Source of the DNA: the human T2T-CHM13v2.0 reference genome, Homo sapiens
Assembly (NCBI RefSeq): GCF_009914755.1
Contig: NC_060934.1
Direction: 5' to 3' (one strand)
Length of the DNA: 64,000 bases
Positions 50,373 to 64,000 of this stretch are shown one piece after another. A program made the position numbers and the translations under genes. The notes beneath the pieces were generated by a model. The model saw only the letters and a list, made by a program, of their open reading frames with translations, made no database searches and was not told the DNA's origin. Each line of letters begins with the position of its first letter. Position 1 is the first letter of the stretch.

Positions 50373-51691
50373 AATGCCCTTTCCAATAACATTTTCTTAA
50401 GTTTGTATTTAATGAAGATTGTAACATATATATTGTTTTGATCAATTTTATGCTAATAATGATTATGATAAACTAGAATAATTTTCTAAGACTTAAAGAC
50501 ATACAGTTATAGGAAATAAAAGAATTTTTATGTACTTATCTTTGATGTGGACAGTTATATATTACTTTAGGACGTAATTATCATGGGAGATATTGAAAGG
50601 AAATAAGAGTTCAAGGAGAAATAAGAGTTCTAGTGTAAAATTTCTCATTGCTAAAAGAAGCATTTGTTCATTTATTCTTTAAAATGATGATAATGGGTAT
50701 CAAATTGCAATGCTATTTAGATTCTACTGAATGCATTAAAAAATGATGTAACACTTCTATTTCAAAATGAGGTAACAATTCTATGTCAAAGTGTCATTAT
50801 GTACAGTAAGCCAGAAATTATTAATATATTGCAGCCATTTAAATTTATGGTGAAAATTTTTAAGTGTCACCTGAAAAATACGTGAAGGATACGTTGCTTT
50901 TAAGAATTGGGTTATGCCAGCAAGCATTTTGACCAGCACTTATCTAACTTTCTGTATTTCTTGGTAAACGTCACCCAAGCACAGCACTCACCCAAGCACA
51001 GCTCTGTCATGCTCATCCTAACCCTTTCCCCAGTGTCTTCACGCACTGCCATGTGTGGCACAGAACAGATGTGAGTGCCTCTCACCAGGCCTCGCGTTCT
51101 TCCACTCCCCAGGCTGCATTGGTAAATTGTGCTTATTCTGTTTCCTCCTATAGGACAAATTATTTTTCAGAAACCTCACTGCCATTCCTTGTAACTTGGC
51201 GTCAGTTCCTTCCTCATATACTGTCTCCAGCCTGAGCACACTGAATAAGTTTATTTAAGTCAGAATCACTTAATTCATCAGTGCCAAGTAAATTTGTTTC
51301 CCACAAAAATTCATATTCCCCACATAAGTCTAGAAATACAAAATTGACTTGGGCAGAGGGTACGGGTGGAGAGTGCAGGAAAAGGAAAGGCTGTGTCACC
51401 CAAATTCATAATCTCGACAAACCCAATTTTTGCCTACCCAGATACATAGTTAACCTGAGTAAGACAGACGTGAGATGAGGCAGGTGTTGCTTATTCTTAG
51501 TGAAGCCACAATGGGTCTTTAGGGACTTAGAAGTTTTTTGGCTTAGTCTAGAATCTCATCTGGGATTCATGTCAAGCAAGAGGAAGGGAAGTTAATTTAT
51601 TGAATATTTGTTATATGTGTATAGTATCCTGGGGATTCAGTATATTCTACCTTGTTTCCCCCCAACTACTCTATAGAGCAGATTTTTTTAA

Positions 51692-51796
<105 letters not shown>

Positions 51797-52304
51797 TGAG
51801 TAGCTGGGACCACAGGCGTGTACCACCACACCTGGCTGATTTAAAAATTTTTTTAGAGATGGGGTCTCACTATTTTGCCCAGCCTGATCTCAGACTCCTC
51901 CGCTCAAGCCATTCTGCCACTTCAGCTTCCCAAAGTGCTAGGATTACAGGTGTGAGCCACTGTTCCCAGTTCATCTTTTTTTAACCTGTATTTTTTAGCA
52001 CACTAAAGCCTAGAGATAAATTACTTGCTCAAGTTCACAAAGTGAACAACTGGCAAAGCTAGGATTCAAACTGTTTGATTCCAAAACCCTTGTATTTTCT
52101 GTAATACTATGCTCCTTAATCTGTTGGCAGAGTCTATTTTTGGCTTCTTTTTAAAAATTATTATTTTTAGAGATAGGGTCTCACTACATTGCTCAGGCTG
52201 GACTTGAACTCCTAGGTTCAAGTGATCCTCATGCCTCAGCCTCCCAAGTAGCCACCACACCCAGTTTAAAGTCTACTTTCTTTCCCTTTTAAAGAAAAGG
52301 GACG

Positions 52305-52382
52305 TATATAACACATATATATATAACATATATATAAACATATATACATGTTTATATGAAATGTTTATATAAAAATATAACA
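52305..52382. repeat. Degenerate (TA)n low-complexity tract
   Basis: TATATAACACATATATATATAACATATATATAAACATATATAC... Confidence 0.8.
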
Positions 52383-53859
52383 TTCCATTATCTATTGTAG
52401 TTTCCAACACTCCATCTTTCTAAAGTCTTTAAATTACACCTGTCTTTCAGCCATCTCTCTTACAAGGGCTTTCATCTTCCTGGGATATAATTCACCTAGG
52501 TTAGAATATAGGAACTCATAAGGAATACAAACGCATCGTAAGATCTCTTCGTACATTTGGGATGTCGTTTCCCACTTAGTAGTGTTTGAGCTACCTTCGT
52601 CATCCCTGTCAGCATCCTTCATAGAGAAGAAAAAACAAGACAGGAGTTGAAGAATTGTTCGTTTTTCTCCTTATCATCCACTGTCATGTCAGCAGTACAT
52701 CTGTTGCTTGGAGAAACCCCATGCTGCCAAAGAAACCCTTTCTTGGTTTTTCTTTGCACTTTTCTCTTCTGCAAGGCCAAGCTCATTTTAGCTTTCCTGG
52801 AACCGTTTTTGGATGCTTGACACTTCTTTCATTCATCGTTAGTTATATGATTTTCATTTCCTCCTCCATGTGTTTTCTCTGAATCTGGGATTATTTCAGA
52901 CTCTCCAGTTTAACCCTAACTTTTTTCTCTCTCTCCTTATGATCATTTAAAAGTAAAAATTGTTTAAAAGTTATTAATAAAACTTCATTTAAAATATAAA
53001 ATATGTATTTGGACATTTCCAAATGCTCTTGACCATCTTCCCAACAGAATCTGAAGTCACAGGCTCATGTTTACCTTTTTAAAGTCATAGCTGATTATAC
53101 TGAGGCTTTTCCTTAATTTCCGCTTACATTCTTGTTACTTGTGTAGTGACAAACAGTTCTTTGCTATTCACATGTTGGTCAGAATGGCAGTTCTCCCCAG
53201 GCTGCAGCATTCAACTTGTCAGATATTGTGTTGTTAATCCAATAAAACATCACATGCAAGTGCTGCTGCGCTTCCAGTGACTGTGTCCTTCTCTGTGCTA
53301 GCTTTCTGCTCTCTTAGGGACAGTCTCCTTGCTGGCTGGTGGTCTGTAATCAGCTCTCAAGAATGCTTTCTGTAGTTTGTCCTTCCCTCACCATGGATGC
53401 TCAACTTGCCTCTGCATCAGGCTCATGACTTCCGACGTGGCTGGGGTAGGCAGGGTCTGCAGCGCCTCTGCACGCTCAGCTGCCTTGCTAACCAGCCTTT
53501 TCTTTGGACTACGACACCCTCCACTTTTTAGTCTGATCTTAAATCTCATCCACATCTCAGTACCACAGTGAGATTATATGTACCAGACCAGTTTATGATT
53601 GTAATTACCTAAGTTCGGGTTTGGTGTTCTAATCTAGTGTCTAACACACCATCCACATAGATATGTTCTTAAGAAAAGCCATTTTGCAGTCTTCACTATT
53701 TCAGCACAAATTTTAATCTTTCAATAATCTGTTTTTACATATAAAATTTGCAGGCCCCTTTCACTCACTGAAATAGAAATTGTATTTTATGAATACTAAA
53801 AAGACATATCAGTTTAAAATACCAAACCATTTCTAATTTTATCATTACTCTTCTTTTAG

Positions 53860-54193
<334 letters not shown>

Positions 54194-54936
54194 TAAGAAG
54201 ATATTTATTTTGAAGCAAAATATTTTGTCAAATATTAGATGTCAACCGCTGTTTGTAAAGCCAGTTGCAGAAACCATTAACTTGTATTCTCTGGTTGTAT
54301 ATCTCCTTTATGTAACTAGACTATAGTTCTCTTAAGGGAAAAGGACCTTACTACCAATTAATTAATTGGGCACAATTTCATACTTCTTGTATGTTCATGA
54401 TTACTTATGATTTTCTTATTAATGGAATAGTGAGCTTTCTGGCATCTGAATGTTTTCGATCTGTCCCAAGAAACCCACTGTGTTATAATTCTTTTTTTTT
54501 TTTTTGCGTTATAATTCTTTAGAAATTTGGAGCTCCAGAATTGTTTGCATGTAGCCATGATTTCAGAAGACAGTTGCCAAAAAAGAAGAGTAATAAGAGA
54601 CAGTCCCTAATGGATATAAACTTTAATAATAAAACATCATACCAACCTAGATACATTAATGAAACAAGTTAGTAAACCCATAAATAAACAAACCCAAGTA
54701 CATACAGCAATTTAGCATATAATAAAGGAAACACTTCAGATTACTGAGGAAAAGACGTTCGCATACCTCCTTGTTTTTATTATAATTCCTCACCCTCAAC
54801 AATGGGGTACCACAGTTGAGAAATCGTGTTTTGGGTCTTTCTAGATAATAGACTTGGAATCTTCTGTTAGGGAGGTGATGCGAAAGTCATATGATTATTC
54901 AGAGTAGGAGATGGGGTCGAGAGGAGAGCTCCACAT

Positions 54937-55435
54937 CTGAGGTAGCCATCATCCCAAATGGCCCCCAGTGATTCTCACTGCCTGGGGTTCCTCCCCTTGG
55001 GGCCAGTCCCCTCCCATAACACATCAGGGCTGATCTGTGTGACAAATAGGATATGGCAAAAGTGACTTCCAAGTCTACGTTATAAACAGCTTTGCAGCTT
55101 TCACCATGGTCTCTGGGATCACTCACTCTGGGGGAAGCCAGGCATCATGCTATGTGGACACTCAACTCTGAGAGAGGCCCACACAGGGAGGAACTGAGGC
55201 CTCTTGCCAATACCCAGCCTGCAGCCTGTCGGCCTTGGAAGTGAGCCACCTTGGAAGTGACTGCAAGCTCCTGTCAAGCTTTCACATGAGTGCAGTCTCA
55301 GCTGACATCTGACCCTGAGCTACCCAATCAAGTCACTCCTGAATGCATGATCCACAGAAACAGTGAGATAACAATTGCTGTTTTAAGCCACTCAGTTTGG
55401 GAGTGATTTGCTAACACAGTATTGGATAATCCAGT
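54937..55435 (+). mobile_element. MLT1 (MaLR) LTR, MLT1F/G-like
   Basis: ATGGCCCCCAGTGATTCTCAC...GAGAGGCCCACACAGGGAGGAACTGAGGCCTC...TTTTAAGCCACTCAGTTTGGG. Confidence 0.75.
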
Positions 55436-56559
55436 GTCCGACTTTCTGAAAATTGACTTTCAAGCAGTCTTCTTGGTGTTATTGTCACCCTCAACTTTAC
55501 TTCCAGAGATAACCACAATGGCCAGTTCCGAAGTTCTTGGGGGAACTCCATAGTATAAACTGGTTGCTTCTTGGTTTTCTCAATTTCTAACCTAAGAATC
55601 AGACTTTTTGGGTGTGCAAAGTCACTGCTCATTCATCTGCTTCATGAATTCCAACAGTGTTTACTGTTATTTTATCTCCTTTTCTCCTTGCCTGTTAGAT
55701 AAAGAAGTTTAAAACTCTTTATTGCTGTTTTAGTGGACTAGTAAAAGCAAGCAAGTATGCTCAATCGGTTATTTTAAGCTCAAAGTCCCTTTGTCAAATA
55801 ACTGAATCTTTGCCAGTAAGACAGGTGATAATATCTCAAGGTGATTTTAATTTATATTTTCATATTAAAATACTTTTTTTATACATTGGTTTCTTTATTA
55901 CACAAGGGCACTGTAATGTATATATTATTTTATTTATTTATTTATTTAGAAATAGAGTCTCACTCTGTCTCCCAGGTGGAGTGCAGTGATCTCGGCTCAC
56001 TGCAATCTCTGCCTCCCAGGTTCAAGCGATACTCATGCCTCAGCCTTGCAAGTAACTGGGATTACAGGTATGCACTGCCACACCTGGCTAATTTTTGTAT
56101 TTTTAGTAAAGACGGGGGTTTCACCATGTTGACCAGGCTGGTCTCAAACTCCTGACCTCAAGTGATCCACCCACCTCGCCCTCCCAAATTGCTGGAATTA
56201 CAGGCGTGAGCCACCGCACCTGGCCTCTAATGTGTATAGTAAAATATTGTTGAGTATGCTTTTATTTTTCTTTTAAGAAAAGAACCATCTATATTTTTAT
56301 TTAAATCATGTATTCATTTTGGGGGGCCTGTTTTTCCATTGAATTGCATAGATTTTTTTCTCTTTGATTTATAGAAGCTCTTTATATTTCAGAAATCAGC
56401 CCTTTGTAATATGAGCTACCTATACTTTTCTTTTTTTGTTTTTTTTTCATGCTGCGTTACCTCAGAGCTACCTACACTTTTCACTGTGGTGTGTCTTGAG
56501 ACTGCCTGCAGTGCCTTCAGCCACATAGTAAAGAACCCTATCAGCCAGGTGTGTGCTCT

Positions 56560-58750
<2,191 letters not shown>

Positions 58751-61002
58751 ACCCTGGCACAAACTAACAATATCTTTTAAGATGAACAAAAAAGACTACT
58801 CATCTGAGACTCAGGCCATGGACACTCAAGTGAGTGACCTATAACACTTCACAGAACATACAATCAGACATCAGGAACTGGTCATGTAGGCTTTTTTATA
58901 GTTCTAAACTAAATACTACATAGAACTTTGTGACTGCCCTGTTTATTTAGCTTTAGAACTTCATGTGCTAGTTCAGTCTGTGAAGATTCATTATTGATCA
59001 GATATATACAATCTGTAATTTGGAATATTCATTCATATTTAGTTGAACTTTAACAAGTCACAAGTTGTTCTCCATAGCAAACCGTAAAAGAATAAAATTA
59101 AAGTTAAAGAGAGGTCTGTCCGTCAGCATATTAAGGTTTGTCTGTTTTGTTTGCCTCATTAATATTTTGTTTCCCTTTTTTCTGATGTGATCGTTTTCCT
59201 CCAATTTAGATACGTCTGCAATTTATTCTTCAGTCTCATTTACATTCATGACCCATGATCCTCAAAACCTATACCTTCTCTAAAACCTTATCTGGAACCA
59301 TGGCCTCCCTCCACTGTGGACGAGGCATCATTCTGTACCATACGCCAGTTCCTGGTTGTTTCCTCTGGCATCTTCTTTTGTAGCTCCTTTAATCCTTCAG
59401 ACTGCTTAGATCCTATGATCTGCCCCCATAACACTTACTAATTTTATCTTGCATTTTTTTACATTGGCAAGTATTCGTTTACTTACTCATGCATATTTGC
59501 CAAAAGTCTGCATTTCCATTCAACAGGAATCTCATTGGTAACAGAGATTACTTAACCATTAATATTGATGATCAACTGGCTGGCTGTTTAAATTGCCACT
59601 TTCCTATTGAATTTTGAAGGGTGCCCATGGTGAATCTTGTGTGTCCCTCATGCTTGGCACACAGTGGATACTTACTCACTCTTGTTGATGTTTGCCAGCC
59701 ACCTTGGCCCAGAATTTCTGCTTGGGAAATAGTATCACGGATGCATTTGTCAGATGAAAAGCCTGCTTCTGGCTTTATAATGGACCCTTTATCCTCATTG
59801 TCTTTAGGGGACTCCTGGTCCTAGAGTAGTTAAATAGTAAGAATTGAATGATTTTTTTAAGTTGCAGTGATTACAGCAAAAAAAAAAAAATTGCCAAGTA
59901 ATGTTTTATTTAATAAGAAAGAAACATTTTCTGAATACCTAAAAAAGAAGCTGCCAATCAGCTTTTAAAGTGATTAAAAATAAGAAAAAATGCCCTATAT
60001 GTACACATATTTTTATCACTTTCAGCACTCTCCATGTATTTAATTCCAAGTTTTAGGTCCAAGTTTTCATTTGATACCATATTCCTTCTGCCTGAAGAAT
60101 TTCTTTAACCTCTTGGAGTGCAGGTCTGCTGGCTGTAAGTCCTCTCAGCTTTTGTCTGCAGTCTTTTGACTTCATTTTCCCAAGGTATTTTCACTGGCTA
60201 TAGAATTCTGGATGGGCTCAAGTTTGTTTCCCTTAAAGCTGTCACTCATTATCTTCCACTTGCATGCCTTCTGACATACATTTTATCTTTGATGTATTAT
60301 ATGTAATTTTTTTCATGGCATCCTTTAATGTTTTCCCTTTATCTTTTAAACAGCTACAATACATTTAGAAGCGTGTGTGTGTGTTTCTTTTTTGGTATTT
60401 ACTCTGCTTTGGGTTTCACTGAGCTTAGTGAATCTATGGTTTGCTATCTTTCATTATTATTGCAAAATTATCTACTATTTTTTTAAAACACTTTGTCCTT
60501 TTATCTGTCTCTTCTGTTTTTGAGACTCCAATTATACATATTTTAGATTATTTGGTGTTGTGCCACAGCTCTTTAATTCTTCAGTTTTTCTCACTTGTTT
60601 TTTCTCTTTGTATTTTAGTTCAGGTAACTTCTATTTACCTATTTTCAAATGCACAGATTTTTTTTTTTCTTCACCTGTGTCCATCTGAGCTGTGTATTGT
60701 TGAGCTCATCAAACATTCTTCATCTTTAATAGCATGTTTTCCCTTTCTCACATTCCTGTCTGACTTCATTTTTCTGCTGAGACTCTCCATCTGTGTATTC
60801 TGTTACCACCTTCACCAGTTGCCTTCCCCTTTTAATCACAGTTCTGTGAAAGGCCCTCCTGACAGCTTCAGCACAAGTGCTGTCTGACACTTGGCCTCTT
60901 GATTGCCTGCCCTCTTGGCAGTGAGTGATTATTCCTTGCTTTTTAATGGGTCTCATAAGTTTATTTGGATGTTGTACATCATGTTAAGAATAGCAGAGAT
61001 TG

Positions 61003-62080
<1,078 letters not shown>

Positions 62081-64000
62081 AAGAACAACAGACATTGAAA
62101 TAAAGACATACTCCTGAAAATGGGCATACCTCCTCTTAGGCTGTTGATAGGCAGGAGGTGTTCAGTCTAGTACGAGTCGATTTGGGTTAGGGTTTTGTTC
62201 AGTGTTTGGGCCTGTGCCTTCAATGCCTCACAAGTTTCAAATTCCTTCAGTGATGGGCTGCTGTTCATTTGCTTCGAGTTGGGGTTTAGGTGCAGAAGGA
62301 AGGGTTTTTCTCTGAGTTCCTACCTCCCCTGTAGCTTTCAGCTCTTACCACGTCATTGCACCTCTGTGGGAGTCACTGTCTATGTTCTTGTTCCTCCCAC
62401 AGAGGTCATCTGCTGTTGCGTGTTATTCACATTAGAGGACAGTTGGAAAGTGAGGGGGGCGTGCCTGTTGTCCTTAGGTAGGTTCTGTGTTGCTAGACCT
62501 TAAGGGTGCAGCTTCCTCAGGGCTCTTGCACCTCCTCCCACAGAGGTAGCTGACTGCCCTGTGGTCCTCCTGTAGGATCCTATGCCCACAAGGAGAGAGG
62601 AAGGTGTCATCTTCTCCTCTTCCTCAGCATCAGAGGATCTTAGCCTGGTCAGAGCACAGGGAGCATTTCCTCTACATCCCCAAGAGGCAGAGGGACTTTG
62701 CTGCTTCTCCTCCCTCCAAAGTAATGGATCTTTGCCTGTGCTCTGGGGCAGGGGGAAGAGGGTGTGCAAGAAAGAAAACAACAGTCATGTTATACAGCGA
62801 GGGCCTTGTGTAGATAGAGTTTATGTAGTCATAATAATGCAAGCACTGAATGTTGAGCTAAACAAATAATATAACTGTAAGGAGGATGTGAGGATGGAAG
62901 TATTTCTGTTTTGGGAAGCCGCAGGGTGTTAAATGATCAGTTAAATTGTCATATTCCCCAGTGTAAGGTCAATAGTTAAAGCCTAAGACTGAAAAACTTA
63001 AAATGTCAATGTAAGGATGCTATTTAGAAATAATGAGGGCCAGCTGTGGTGGCTCACACCTGTAATCCCAGCAATTTGGGAGGCTGAGGTGGGTGGATCA
63101 CTTGAGGCCAGAAGTTCGAGACCAGCGTGGCCAACTAGCGGAACCTTAACTCTACTAAAAATACAAAAATTAGCCTGGTATGGTGGTGTGTGCCTGCAGT
63201 CCCAGCTACTTGGGGTTCCCAAGAATTGATCAAACCAGGAAGGCGGGGGTTGCAGTGAGCTGAGATCACACCACTGTACTCTAGCCTGGGCGACAAGAGT
63301 GAGACCCTATCTCAAAAAAAAAAAAGAAAAAAAAGAAAAAAGAATTAGGTAAATATTAAATAAGCTTCAAAAAGTCACAATTCTTTATTCTAAGAAGTGG
63401 AAACTGGATAGGAGGAGGAGAGGAGACAAAGTATGGCTTTTTCATTACCAAGCCATGGAGAACTGTATGACATTCAAAGGTAGGCGAATAAAGATGCTTG
63501 ATAAAATTAAATATTAAGTTCTATAAATATAAAATTTGATACATTTAAAACTGAATTCTAAAAGTTTATAACACAAGGGTAGGGATAAAGGTGTAGGGAA
63601 AATAGGCATTCTCATATGTTGGTGGAGGGATTCCAACTGGTTCACCCTTTAAGGAGGTCAGTAGGGCACTCCATCAAAGTTCCAAATTCAGTAATTCCTA
63701 CTACAGATATGGTAGAAAATTGTATTTCACACTTGAATGCAATAAGACTAGAAACCATCCAAATATTACCAGTAGGTGGCCGGGCGCAGTGGCACACATC
63801 TGTAATCCCAGCACTTTGGGAGGCTGAAGCAGGTGGATCATTTGAGGTTAGGAGTTCAAGACCAGCCTGGCCAACATGGTGAAACCCCATCTCTACTAAA
63901 AAAAAATACAAAAATTAGCCAGGTGTGGTGGTGGGTGCCTGTAATCCCAGCTACTCGGGAGGCTGAGGCAGGGAGGATTGCTTAAACCCGGGAGGCAAAG

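Noticed and set aside
60441-60887. 148-aa hydrophobic ORF
   Set aside because: Antisense translation of a T-rich old L1 fragment

Overview
Human/primate genomic DNA from inside BMPR1A (BMP type IA receptor/ALK3), + strand. The window starts in a large 5'UTR intron and contains five exons: the ATG exon (signal peptide), three ectodomain exons and the transmembrane exon. It ends in the intron before the GS/kinase exons. Coding pieces of 67+163+103+97+100 nt join in frame at GT-AG junctions. Most of the window is intronic repeat. That includes dozens of Alus, L1/L2/MIR fragments, DNA transposons, an antisense processed RPAP2 pseudogene (nested in an old L1, carrying a MER11 LTR and an Alu), a HERV-H env plus LTR7 remnant, a U1 snRNA retrocopy and a long CR1/L3 fossil. 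I see no wholly new protein-coding system; most ORF-track entries are repeat artefacts. The most promising leads are (i) a dense SMAD/SOX/STAT/NF-kB/IRF motif cluster in unique intron sequence, (ii) a sequence-encoded route to decoy receptor isoforms at the ectodomain/TM junction, (iii) a retrocopy recording a non-canonical RPAP2 isoform, and (iv) a sense LTR7 upstream of the ATG exon. Exon numbering, repeat subfamily names and parent-protein comparisons are from memory. Repeat boundaries were set by eye.
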